64,000 bases of DNA, taken from NCBI GenBank assembly GCA_010093705.1, contig MU006090.1:1329817-1393816 (forward strand), in the 5' to 3' direction. The notes under the pieces were generated by a model. That model searched no databases. It had not been told where the DNA came from and worked only from the letters and a program-made list of their open reading frames with translations. Position 1 is the first letter of the stretch. The number at the start of each line of letters is the position of its first letter. The translations under genes and the position numbers were made by a program. Shown in pieces: positions 23,531 to 35,941 of the stretch. The DNA is from Patellaria atrata CBS 101060. Lineage: Eukaryota.

Positions 23531-25287
23531 ATGCAAAATATCAAAATCACTGTAGCTTCGACCGTTGAACAATCAATCCATACCCCTTTAATAGTTCCTA
23601 CCACCGCATCTTTCGATCCCGACGCTCCAAATTCATGTCCATCGCTCGTCGTCAAGACAGGACAATTCAAACTACGTCTCAAGAATCCCAGTAGGATGTT
23701 CGTTGCTAGGACAAGACAGGAGCTGCTCGATGAGACGGGAAAAACGCCTCGGAAAACGATATCACGCTTCTCGCATCGAGCGGGGAATATTACGTAGAAC
23801 CAAGAAAGGAGAGGTCATAGGTTGTCCCTAATGACGATGAACAACCTAGCAAGAATCCCCGGTATCTCTCCTCGTGCAAACAGCTCCAGTGGAACAACTC
23901 TAATCAACCAGGTAGACGCCACTGCAAAGTCTCTCTTGGGCTTGATACATGCAATATCTCAGCTCGATAAACATCCCGGAACTAAGTTTCCTGTAGGAGC
24001 AGTGTTTATGTCCAAAGAGTGGATACATCCGCCACTTATCGGGGGCAACATTGGCTGTGGCATGGCTTGATACAAGACCGAATTGTCTCGCAGCAAGGTC
24101 GATGGAGACAAAAGAGAAGAGAGTGGCTGAGAAGCTGAGAGATCTAGAAGGACCATGGTGAACGCGCTGTACCTACTCAATCGCGCGGAGTATGGCTCAC
24201 AGATGGAAAAAGGTCTTACGCTACAGGGCCGGAATAGGACAGCTCCCTTGTGCTGGGAACCGTTTTGCGGAAACCCAGATTGTAGAAGCTACGTCTTTGA
24301 GTCAGGGGGAGGATGCGTATTAGCCATGAATGAGAACGAGGTGGTCCTACTCGTTCACTCTGGAACAAGAGGTTATGGAGGTGATATATTGAAGAGATAT
24401 TCTTCTGATACATGTCCAAGCTTACATAAGATGGGAAAGAACGGTGCCTGCAACTGGACGAAATTGAATCGAGATCTGATGAATCCAATGATTCCAATCG
24501 CATTTCGATTCTTGGCTTGTCTCGGACCAGGGCAAGAGCTACGGGATCCACGACGGAATGAATTCCGAGAGTCAGGTACTTCGGATGCAGATCTAGCTTC
24601 CATATAACTGCAGCGAAAGCAGAGTTGAAGAAGCGCTGAGTGGTGGATATATGGTATAACAATATCAAACGAAAAGTTTTGTCTCCTAAACCGTATAGTC
24701 CGTATTTAAGCAATGCAACAGCACCTGGTTCGGTAGACCGACTTCAATCTTCATCGTTGAATGACAAATCCTAGCAGACATACGCATACGTTCAAAGAAA
24801 AGGTGTTGCAGTGTTGCGCCGACATATGGATTTTTCGAGCAGTAATGTATCTCTTTCTTTCTTACCTCTTCCGGAATCTCGACGGCCCGACCATCATTCT
24901 AAGACCTCTATTCTCAGAGGCTACAGGATGGTGTCATAAAAAGGCATTCATTAGCTCATGGAGCGGGGAGAGCAATGTCTTGAGCCAAGGCCAATTCATC
25001 TCTACGAGAGAAGTCCAAAGACGCTAATGCCCTTCTTCAACCGAGCACCGGACAAATCAAGGAAGCTGTCAATCGGGGAAACGTGCATGGTGGAAGCTGG
25101 GTTTATCTGCGGAGAGAAAGACCTGGTGTGGGAAGAAGCACCGGAAGCTTACAAGGACGTATATGCCGTTTGCGATGATCTCGTTGGCGAAGGCGTCGCT
25201 GAAGTCATAGGGTGATGTAGAGCGAGGGTCAAGTATAAGGTTAAGAATGAGTCGAGACGATCAAGTCTATTTCCAGGAAAAGCATGA
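23531..25287 (+). pseudogene. Disrupted RtcB-family RNA ligase (release-factor-H-coupled RtcB type)
   Basis: Motifs D.HPG.KFPVGAVF, PPLIGGNIGCGMA, VHSGTRGYG, LAHGAGRAMS and EEAPEAYKDV. In-frame TGA at 24068, 24981 and 25213, plus frameshifts. Confidence 0.85.
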
Positions 25288-26651
25288 TTATTCAAGCATG
25301 AATGCGAGATGAGAGCATCGTGATGACAGTGAACTGTATTCCGTACGCGTGCGTAGATTAAAGGTAGATCTTGATAGCGGCTCTTAGAGGCTCTTTGAGA
25401 TAAAACGCACGATCGCGTCGAGTGTATATATATATGTATATTGCAATGTAGAAATGGAAGATAAGTGGACATGACGATGTAATATATTTATACTGATATA
25501 TTAGGTACCTTGCAGGACGGTATTGGCATATAATATCTCCCGGTTAATTGGCTGGTTATTGGTTGATATTCATAACGCACGGTGATTGTGGGGTAGAAAT
25601 TGATTACTTTTAAAGCGACATTTGCCGATCCTTCCATTCTCCTCCAGGTTCCAGAAGACTTACCGACTTTCATGACGAAAATATCATCTTTTCCTCTGAA
25701 TAATCCCGTAATTTTCTCTTTCGTTTTGCAATTGACGGAATTTCCCCACGAGAAACGGTGAGTCAAGGAGGCGCTTGAAAGAGGTGATGCAGTGTGATAT
25801 CTTCCAGCCTTCCAGCTCAGTAAGGTTAAAGTCAGCAAGTGGATTGAACCGGAAGTTTCAAAACGATGCGGCAGAGTTGGGTCTTTCCTAAAAGCTTGGT
25901 ATGAAGTAATGCAAGGGGTAACCTGCCCAGGGCGGCTATACCGGGTATGGATCTGCTATTGTTTCAAACGGGCTTGCTGGGCTTCTTGTTTTGGTGCTGG
26001 GGAAACTGCCACCAGCTGCCAGCCTCGCTCCTTCCTCTCGTTTCATCCAACTGGAAAGAACGAGAACATCACCAAGAGTTGGCCCATCACTGCGACCGAA
26101 TGTTTCGTCAGGTCTGATATCTATATGTATCTCTCATCTAAGCGCTTTGAGGCTGTTCTATTCTCATAATCTCAAACAATGCCATGTTGATACAGAGTAT
26201 AATCTCCTGGATGTGTGATTGCCATGGCTGTACTAGGATGCCGTTTATTGATGTATATCACGAAGGAAATTACACACCCGTGGCTGCATGCGTGCGTACA
26301 AGAGACAGGCGTCTGCCTCCTCAACACCCAATTCACAACCTTCTGCCACCTGCCACCTGAATCTTCTACAATACCCTCTTCACCCCGATTAATTGACATC
26401 TAGTCACAGCTATTAAATACTAATAATCTAAGCCGCTTCTGGCAAAAAAGGTTGACTCAACACTCGTTTGCAATAATCGTTAGGTCATTCTTCCCAATTC
26501 TTTGTTCGAGGTCCACTAAGGTAGCACTTGCCCATTTTATATCTTGACCTTATTTCCTCCTCACCTCCATCTTATTACTCTTTCTTTTCCCAAGGAACAT
26601 TATCACTTTTAATTCATCGAGTCAACTTCAATTGATATCGAATTGTTCAAG

Positions 26652-27494
26652 ATGCGCGCCTCAACAGTCATCTCCTCGCTCTCCATCCTCGCCCTCGCCA
26701 GCGCTCAAACCACCACTGGTCAACTGGGTGACGCAGCAGCAATCACCAACAACCCCGAAGGTGCCATCTACGTCGCCACTCTTCCAATCAGCAAGGGCGT
26801 TCGCGGTACCGTCACCGCACAAACCGCACCAGGAGGAGCCGGTGTGGCCTTCCAGATCACTGTTGACGGTCTGCCAACGGAGGGTGGTCCATTCTGTAAG
26901 TCTTAAGTCATACCACAACCATTGAGGAACATTCCTCTAACAGAACTACCTTCAGCATACCATCTCCACGATGCTCCCGTTCCCACCAATGGGAACTGCT
27001 CCGGCACCCTCGCCCATCTGGACCCGTACAAGCGCGGCCAGACACCACCTTGCGACGCCTCGGCCCCTCAGACCTGCGAAGTTGGTGATCTGTCAGGCAA
27101 GCACGGCAAGATCAATGGCACCTCCTTCTCCGCTAGGTAATTCCTCCCTTCTCTTTCATACACCCTATATCTCCTTTCTAGATCCTAACATCGTACCAGC
27201 TACGTCGACGTTTACGCCTCTACCCTCCAAGGGATCGGCGCCTTCTTCGGCAACCGCTCCGTCGTCTTCCACTTGGCCAACAGCACCCGTATCAGCTGCG
27301 CCAACTTCACCGCTCTCTACGCACCTGGCCCGACTGGTGGCCCGACAGGCTGGTACCCGACAGCCACTTCCAGCGGTGGTATCTTCGCTCCTACATCCAT
27401 CGAGCCACCGATCCCCACTTTCACCGGTGCTGCGGCCACGCTTGGATGGGGCGTCGGTGCCGTGTTCGCCGGTGTGATGGGTGCGCTTTTGTAA
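26652..27494 (+). CDS. Secreted GPI-anchored Cu-only superoxide dismutase (SOD5-like)
   Basis: Signal peptide; YHLH, AHLDP, CEVGDLSGKHG, RSVVFH..TRISCANF; hydrophobic GPI tail. Introns 26896-26957 and 27137-27199. Confidence 0.9.
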
Positions 27495-28844
27495 GTGACT
27501 AAATGATGCGATAGCGGGAAGTTTGTGGTCAGGGGTAAGATCATCAAGGAGGCGCCTTTCAGATCTGGTAGACTTTTCTTGTGTATATTTTCGATTCTTT
27601 CATGTTGCCATGACAACTTTTTTAAAATCGGTGGCGGGGGGATACCTTACAAGGAGGCTTTTAATACCCGTGGGGGGTTGGACTATGAGTAAATATGTGA
27701 TTATGGCCCTTTAGCAGTAATAAATATGAGGACATTAGATCTCGGACGTCCACTCGGTTTCTTTTGCTTGCTTATATCTGTGGGTTGGGTTGGTATTAAT
27801 TCGAAAACCCTATATCTCGACAGTATCCCCGGGCGTACTGTACTTCACATTATAGGCCAGTTCCCCACGCCCCTCAACCCCCCCTATCTTCACGTCGAGT
27901 CGAGTCACGGATCCCCGGATTGTATATCTGTCACGTGGCATCGAATCGAAACGAATCGAGCGGCGCGTTGAGTCCGATCTGCATCCGAGCAAATGCGTAA
28001 CAGAACCGCGATTGAGGGGCGGGGGGATGGGGGTTTAAACGGAGATGAGAGATCAGAATCGAAGGACACAACGGGCGTCCGTAAGGTAGAATGATATCGT
28101 CTTTGGCTCTCCCATCTCCATCCCTATACGGAGGGCGTAACAGTAACCCCCCCATCCCTTTCCCCCCCCCCCTTTTTTTTTCTTTCGATGACTAGGTTGA
28201 ACAGTTGAACAGGGAGGGGGGGTTTTGGCGGACGGGATGGGTTGGAACTGGGCTGTTTCGCGATGGGAAAGGGGGTTGTCGTGCATACCCCGTGAATATC
28301 CTTTTTTTTTTCGTGTACCTAAGCTATTTGTTCGGAGAGTATATTCCGGAAAAGGAAGATTCGGTATGGAGGACTGAGAAGGGAGTGAAAGGTCCTCGGA
28401 ACAGTCTAGCGGTGCTTGTTTTTCTCGTTGTGTGAATTGAAAGGGTCCGGTGAGGGTGCGGTTGGTGTATATGATGATAACGTGTCCTCTTCGATTCACT
28501 CTTAGGTACTAAATGATCATTTCATAATTTCTTCAAGAGGTGAATGTACAGGGTTTTCAACAGTTCCAGCAATGGGAGGTCATGTTGTAAAATGGAACAG
28601 CACGGGAAGAATCATACTGTAAGAAGTTCTCTAACGGAAAGCTGTTCATTGTCCTATCTAACTTTAGTACAAGGGATAATCACGAATGCTACCGATCAAC
28701 TGGGAAAACCAGACATGTAACCCATGAAAAGCAACAGAGAAGATAGGAAGAAGGACGCTCGTTCCACCTTACGGGAACTCAAAATCATATCATGAATTCT
28801 TTGAGCGCGGAGTATTAAGAGCATTCAACGGCAACCACAGAGAC

Positions 28845-30766
28845 TTAATCCAATATTTCACCTGCACGGGGGTTAGAAACTTCGTCTTTAAGAGCAAACA
28901 TCATTCTGCGCTTCGGCTCCGTAGACGTGAAGGACCGGACAGAGTTATACGAAGTACGTTCGTCATGTTCGTCGGGAAGGTCGTAGAGAGATAATTTGGC
29001 TCTATCGCTTTGGTCGATCTCACCATCCTCACCCCATAGTTTGAGGGATGCCATGATTAGACCCTCTTTGGTTGAGATGTCCGGTAGATTGTCCGATAGA
29101 CCTATATCGCTCCCGGACTTTTCAAAGGACCTGGAGTCCTCCTCTGTACCATATTTGATTTAAGTCTCGTTGAGAAGATCCTCGATCTCCTCGATTGTGG
29201 AGTTGCTGTTGGCTGGTTTTAATAGTCTTGCGTTAAATGCTTTTGTAACTTCAATCGGGGAAATGGTAGTGGGTCGTCCAAGCCTCCAATACCCGTGGAA
29301 TGTAAGAAGAATACTCATAGCTGTGGAGAGTATCATTAGAACGGCAGCCATAAGATAGTTTATGCGCGATATAAAGACGGTGATCTCTTCTATCCGCTTT
29401 GCTTGAACAGTTTGTGTGATGTTCAAGGGCTGCTTCGGCTCACCCGGCATGTAATTTTTTTTTTGGCCCTTCGAACCGATATAAAAGATTATCATCTTTG
29501 CCGAAACTTTTGATAGCATGGCAAAAGGATAATTCCTGCACCATTCGGATGACATCAGGCATTGGATCGATATAGGTTGTTTGATAATTTCCAGAACCGC
29601 CACCGGTCTCAACATAGTTACGACCACTAGCGCCAGTTATATCATGCTCAGTCCGGGTGGTCTCATACAATAGCTGCTCTACGACCTTGTTTTGGAACTG
29701 ATCTTGAAGGACATATAAAAATCCATGAATATATATATGGTTATCTCCATACAGGAGCCTAACAGTCACATTCGAGGTCATCGAGGGATCCCGAAAGACC
29801 AAGGACTCACTTGCATTACTAAGTCTAATGTTATATTCGACTATTGCAGTCCGGAAGATATATTTGTGCGTAATAAAGTCCGGGGTGCTTTGATATCCCA
29901 TACGGACTTCGAAGTGATTGTAAGCATTGGGGTCAAACGGAATTTGGAGGTCATAGACTGTCGAATTACGGATATTCAGGTGTTCAGAACTTGATACTTC
30001 AAATGGTGACTAGTCCGTGTGTGTTATGTTGCAGTCTACGCAAACCCCACGGCGAGCACGGTTCCATCACAAACTCCGTGGCAATCATTAGCCGTAAGGT
30101 GACTATCCTCGTTGCGGATATATTCCTGAACCGTTTGCCTGAAATCCTGACTGTAGAATTTTGAACTGTAAGCAGTCGTCCATGTGCTAACAGGACCGGC
30201 ATAGATGTTAAGGGTCAAATTCACCCAAGTTGCCTTTGACATTTTACCTGTCGACTATGATCTTTGAATCAATAGCCCATCCAATGAGAATAAAGCCACA
30301 AAGAATGCAGCAATCCGGAGGAAACGAAAGTAGCATGTCGGCTTTATGACTTCCAGAAAACTGTGCGAGTAAGTCCAGGTAGGATTGAGTTCCCGAAGAG
30401 AGGTCCATTTTAGAGCACTAGACCACCACGCAATTACCACACCTTCTGCAAAAGCAAATCGGAGAAGTACATTTTCACTCGCTGAAAATATTGCGAAGTA
30501 TACTGTAGGCTGCATTGGCCAATCCTCGACTCGTTGCCCGTTAGACTTTCAAGATATTATCAGGAGTCTAATAGCACACATCACAGCTAGAAGGATGCTG
30601 ATAAGGCCTAGCTTCGCGGACGAGTCCAGAGTCCAGGATTCCATCGTCGAGGATGCATAGAAGGTTTAGGGTTGCGAATTCTGGAGGAGAGATGAATGAA
30701 CCGGTTGTGTTGAGCTATGGCTGCAATGACAGTGTGGAACTTTTTAATACGACGGAAGATGGCCAT
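28845..30766 (-). pseudogene. Disrupted fungal multi-pass membrane protein gene; ends approximate
   Basis: Co-linear fragments (QPTVY.AI..., GVVIAWW, GYWRLGRPTTISPIEVTKAFNA) broken by stops (e.g. 30255, 30036, 29160) and a frameshift near the T-run at ~29455-29464. Confidence 0.7.
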
Positions 30767-31100
30767 GTCTATCTTTTACTCGAGGCCCCTCTTCTGGCGT
30801 TATCTTGAATAGCGAGTGTAAGAAATTTTCGTTTTAACTGGGGAAAGGAGGCGGGTTTGACTGCTGGATATGTATAGAAATAAATGGAGACCAAACCCTA
30901 GTGAATGAGCCTGTTATCAATCTCTAGCATGGCTATGGACAAAGAATTTCAGAGCACATTCATAAACACACCACGAAGCGTCTCTGACCCCACAGGTGTA
31001 TGCTATGAACATCACGCAACATCTGAGAATGCATTGATGTTCATGAACCTGCGGCACGAGAGTTCTATTGTGTAACCGGATATATATTGGGCCTGAGGTT

Positions 31101-33330
31101 TTAATTGAGCCAGTCAAATGCGTCCAATAGGTCTAGATGACTGAAGTTATCATAATCCGCCATGTTGAATGGAATATCAACACTAAACTCGACCGGGGGG
31201 TCGTCCGGCACAACAGGGGGCCGAGCTAATACTTGATCAAGGACTCTACACACGATGCTTTTAACACCAAAGCATAAATTTGAATTCGGTGCTGATATCT
31301 TCACCCAATCTAGAAAAGCAACAAGCAAACTCAGACTCTGTATTACTTCAGAGCGAGGGATGTTGCACTGGATGTAGTTTGGACGCTTTGTTTGCTTCAG
31401 AAGTTCAACACACAAGATACCACTGGCCGGGACTGCGTATGATAATACCTAATGTTTTTCAGCTTGCCATTTTTGAGAACCGTAAGGAGGATATGACGTT
31501 GTGAAATGAAGAGAACACGATTATCTTCAAGTGGGACTGGCGTGACTTACCAGCCATTCGAAATCACTATCTAATCCTGCGAAGCGATCTTTATATTTCC
31601 AAAAGACCAGAGTCACACTCAGCATCTCGACACATACGTCGACCAAGTCTTGCACATGAGCGTTACTATTTCTGATTAGTAGTCGCTCAAGTAGGAATCT
31701 GTCTTGCAAATGTTCTAGCCGCAACAATGCTCGAATGTATATTTCCGAGCCCGGAATATCCGTGTCCGTCAGATGGTTAGGGCGATAGACCAGGACATTA
31801 GGTAACTGAGAATAGATGGATAAAGTGCGCTCCTTCAGTTCCCTAACACAATTAGCTCAGACTACTGTCAAGTTGCGTTTGACTTTACATCGTTATTTCT
31901 GAGGAGTTCAGTTTGGGTCCGAGAGCAATCTCTAATATTCCCTCACGGATGGAGGCGAACATTGCGCGTGCTCGGAGGATCGTTGCCGAATGGATTCTGT
32001 TATTAGTGTTCCACCCGTTGCTATCTAGGGAGGTGATCTCTGCTGATATACTCGAATCTTCGCATAGCAAAGCTGCATCACTGAGATCCAGAGGTAATGG
32101 TGTGGAACTGTACCGTACACTTAGAAGTGGCGGGCGTCCCAACATAGTTGCCATAACCTTATCTATGTTGTACACTGTGGTATACACTCTTCTTCTAGCT
32201 TCTAAGCCAATGGTTGTTTCGGTCGGGAATGTATCTGGATTCGTATTGAGACCTGCAGACAACGTTGTTGCTACGAGGGCTCCATGACCTCTCCACACAG
32301 TGGGACAAGCATCTCCTGTAATGATGGATTGCAGAAGATTAAGTTTGTACATGAGATAAACCATGATAGGGTTACTGTAACCATCCATATCACATATTTT
32401 CAAGCATAATGCGGCGCACTCTTTGAATCTGATCATAACTTTTCTGCGATCCTTGCTGTGAGGGTCGAGACAAGCAATTATTTCGTCGTTACCTGGAGAT
32501 GATACAGATCCATATGCCCAATACGTGAACAGAACCCCCAGGGCTTCCCATCTGAGGTTACGTCCAGAAAACGAGCTCATATATTGCTGGGGATCTTCCT
32601 CGTCCTCAAGGGCATTTTGTCCATTTGATAACATGAGCTGCGCAAGGTTCCGGATTTGGTTATAATCTCTATTGGATAAAATCCCACCAAATGTCGTGAA
32701 CATAGACTGAGACAGACGTACTGCAGCTAGCCTTATCCAGCCATCATTGAGGTTGACATGCCGAGCAAACAGCACATCACAGGTCTTTTCGTCTGGAATC
32801 TGCTGTAGAGCTTGAATACCTAAAGCTACTAGACAGGTAGTAGACGCATCGGAGCCGCCTGACCTTGCTGAATGTGGAGTTTGGTGTTCAATACTGCTGT
32901 ACCCGGAAGTATCTGGGGAGTCGGTACTATTCAAATTATCCCTATTCTCCTGGAAAACAGCGTAGAAGCTGGTGGGACCGAGAAATCTTGCTGGTTTATT
33001 GGAAGTAGGCGTGGAGTCCGTTATTAGCTGTGATGCTTCACACCCTTCGTTTCTATTCTCGTCGACTTGGAGATCAACGTCATTCCTATTTGCTCTTACA
33101 TCACGTCTCGTCTCTAAATTCCGTTTACCACTAGAAGCCTCTCTGTTAACTATAGAAGTAGGTGATCTGGACGATGATGCAGCGAGATATACGCAAAGAT
33201 GTGTGGTCTTCCGTCCCCTACACCTTTGACACGGTACTGTATGGTCGTATGCTAGTTTCCGAATTCTACAAGGTTCACAAGCAGGCAGTTTTCCATTCCG
33301 TCTTCGTGGTACGATAGATGTTTGTGACAT
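31101..33330 (-). CDS. Zn(II)2Cys6 transcription factor with fungal-specific middle homology domain; third Cys replaced by Tyr
   Basis: ACEPCRIRKLAYDHTVPCQRC...CVY, and EARRRVY..YNIDK..ATMLGRPP. Introns at ~31843-31888 and 31449-31550. Confidence 0.85.
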
Positions 33331-33839
33331 GAATGAACATGATGAGATTTTACATGTAACATGTTCACTGTGGTAAAATCAAAGGTTTGGGTCTTTGAGA
33401 AGAGTCAAGTTAGTCGGAGTTCGGGGCTCGGGTCTCGGGACTCGGCTTTCGCTCTCTACCCCGCTTTTCGTTACCTACCCATGCTTACGGCAACACCTGT
33501 GCTATATTTCCAAGCTGAAGATTCTTGGAGGCGTACAGTCTGTTTGCTTTTACCAAGGGGCAGGGGAAGGCAATGTAATATGGACGATATGGGATGTACG
33601 AATTGCGATGCGTTAGTCAATAGGAAAATACTTTTGATTGTGATGATACTACAAGAAAACATCTAGTATGAGTATTCCTAGCCTCTTAAGATATGGGAAT
33701 GGAAGGTACTGTACACTCTATAAATGAAAATAATTATGATAGCTATGATTTGCCTTGGAGTTGTACACAAGGTCCCAAACCCTGTACGCCCATCACAAAA
33801 GAGTAAAACGCAACAATGACTCCCGTACGGGCTCTTCTG

Positions 33840-35198
33840 CTACCCCCGAGTCTTCTCAGGCCGTCTAAAATGCGGCTTCAACGGCTCCCAGCTCTCCGCA
33901 TTATAGTCCTCTTGTACCTTTCTACATTTCTTTAAGCCCCAGTCCGTTACTCCAACCATCAAGCAACTTTCAAACATAAAGGCCATACTACCCTCCCCCA
34001 CTTTCAACGGTGTCAATTCCGCACTCGACGCTTTCTCGTGCGTCGCCGCGTCGGGACCGTGAGCGCTCATCACGTTGTGCAACGAAGCACCTGCGGGCTG
34101 AAATCTACCTCCTGTCTTCGCATCGTACTGACCGTGGATGAGGCCCATGAACTCGGACATCGTATTGCGGTGGTACCATGGTGGCCTGAATGTATCTTCC
34201 TGTACAAGCCAGCGCGGAGGAAAGATGACAAAGTCCGCGACGGCTGTACCTGGGTGATCACTTTGGGCAGTCAAGACTGTGAAGATGGAAGGGTCCGGGT
34301 GGTCAAATGAGATACTGCCGATGGTATTGAAGCGTCCCAGGTCGTATTTGTACGGATAATATTGTCCATGCCAAGCTACTACGTCGAAAGGTGTGTGATC
34401 TTGCTTGGCTGCAAACAAATGACCAGCGAATTTCGATAGAACGTGCCATGTACTGGTGGTATCTTCTTCGAAGTATGCTACCGGAGCTTGGAAATCTCGT
34501 ATATTGGCGAGACAATTGCTTCCGATAGGACCTAGTTCTGGCAGTTGAAAGTGGCCCTGATATAGTTCGAGTATATATCCTCGAACTGGACCATGAGGTA
34601 GAGCTACTCGATAGCGAATACCTCTTGGAATTACGCATATCTCATTTGGTCTCACTAAAATCTTTCCTAATTCTGTTTGGATATCGAGGACACCATGCTG
34701 CAAGACGATTAGGAAATCACCGTCTGCAGAATAAAATGCTTCGTGGGGATCCATGTCCTTGCCTGCAGCAAAGATAAAAATTCCAATTCCCGTTTTCATT
34801 GTTGGGTCTCCAGCACCTGCGACGAGGTGTAAGGAATGAACCCAGTCTACCGTCTCATCGAGATCGAATGGGTCCCATCTCAATTGGTTGGGAATCTGAT
34901 GTATCTTCTCATGTGGTTTGTTTTCCGGGTTCGTATTGTATGTAGATGACTCCCGCGGTTCGAAAGGTGCATGTGCAGAAGCTGGCAGAATTCGATATAG
35001 CCATGATTGCTGATTCTCAGATCGTGGAGCAGTAAAGGCAGTCCCGGAGAGTTTTTCAGCATACAGTCCGTATGGTGGTTTCTGTGGAGAATTGGAACCT
35101 ATAGGTAAGGCGCCTTCAATCGCTTCGGACTCATGGTAGGAGTTGAAGCCATTCTGGTATGGATAGCTTTCTGGGACCTTGAACTTTGTGGAAGGCAT
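33840..35198 (-). CDS. hmgA: Homogentisate 1,2-dioxygenase
   Basis: [57 protein letters not shown]. Confidence 0.97.
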   Translation of the reverse strand: MPSTKFKVPESYPYQNGFNSYHESEAIEGALPIGSNSPQKPPYGLYAEKLSGTAFTAPRSENQQSWLYRILPASAHAPFEPRESSTYNTNPENKPHEKIHQIPNQLRWDPFDLDETVDWVHSLHLVAGAGDPTMKTGIGIFIFAAGKDMDPHEAFYSADGDFLIVLQHGVLDIQTELGKILVRPNEICVIPRGIRYRVALPHGPVRGYILELYQGHFQLPELGPIGSNCLANIRDFQAPVAYFEEDTTSTWHVLSKFAGHLFAAKQDHTPFDVVAWHGQYYPYKYDLGRFNTIGSISFDHPDPSIFTVLTAQSDHPGTAVADFVIFPPRWLVQEDTFRPPWYHRNTMSEFMGLIHGQYDAKTGGRFQPAGASLHNVMSAHGPDAATHEKASSAELTPLKVGEGSMAFMFESCLMVGVTDWGLKKCRKVQEDYNAESWEPLKPHFRRPEKTRG

Positions 35199-35472
35199 CG
35201 TGTTCGTCGTTGTAATCTTCGTTCCAAAACTCGGTCAAGTTCCTTACAGTCAATGGTACATAACTCTTTTCAAGCTTCGGCTCTCTCGGAGCTTTTGATA
35301 ATTTCTTTAATAAGCTCTTCCAGGGGGATGACTTCTCCCCTGGAAGAGGTTTATTCGGGTCGTAATAAGAGGTTGGAGATGGTACTGGCGAGAGAGTAAG
35401 AGGTGTTGTAAACCGACGGGTGTCGTCGGGTGAAGAGGTAGAGGTGCTACTAGCACCGGGTGTCAAAACCAT
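35131..35472 (-). CDS. 113-aa out-of-frame upstream ORF overlapping the hmgA start
   Basis: ATG in strong context (CAACATGG); overlaps hmgA by 68 nt. Confidence 0.45.
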   Translation of the reverse strand: MVLTPGASSTSTSSPDDTRRFTTPLTLSPVPSPTSYYDPNKPLPGEKSSPWKSLLKKLSKAPREPKLEKSYVPLTVRNLTEFWNEDYNDEHDAFHKVQGPRKLSIPEWLQLLP

Positions 35473-35941
35473 GTTGAAGGAGGAAGGTGGATGAACAGCG
35501 TAAGTCGGTATGTGAAGGCTTTATTCGCAGTGTTACTGTGTCAGATGAACAGTGCGATGCAAGAAGGTCGTAATATAGTCGTATGATTGGTTAAAAGTCG
35601 AAGGTCTCGTCTAATTTTCTCTATGATCAAGGCAGGAAAGAAAAGAAGTTGAAGTTGCCGAGCGGACATGAAGTTTTGATTGTGCGGCATTTGACGCACG
35701 GTCCTTAAGCCGCAAAAAACCGCGACGCAGCTCCCAAGGTTCTCTCATCGTTACCTTAACCTCACCTTGTCATTTGACCACAAGTCTACAACCATGAACT
35801 TACCCGACGTTATTGTAGGATACTGGAATTGGATCACCACTCTGAAATTAGGACCTTTCCGTAAAATTACACCCTGAATCACATACAGTTCATCTTCCCA
35901 CAGATTCCTGCATATCACTGTACCTGAAGAACGTTGTTGGC

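Noticed and set aside
30666..30673. Other telomere-like words (TTAGGGTT here; AACCCTAA near 58072)
   Set aside because: Only 8 nt and lacking any downstream TER elements; expected by chance.
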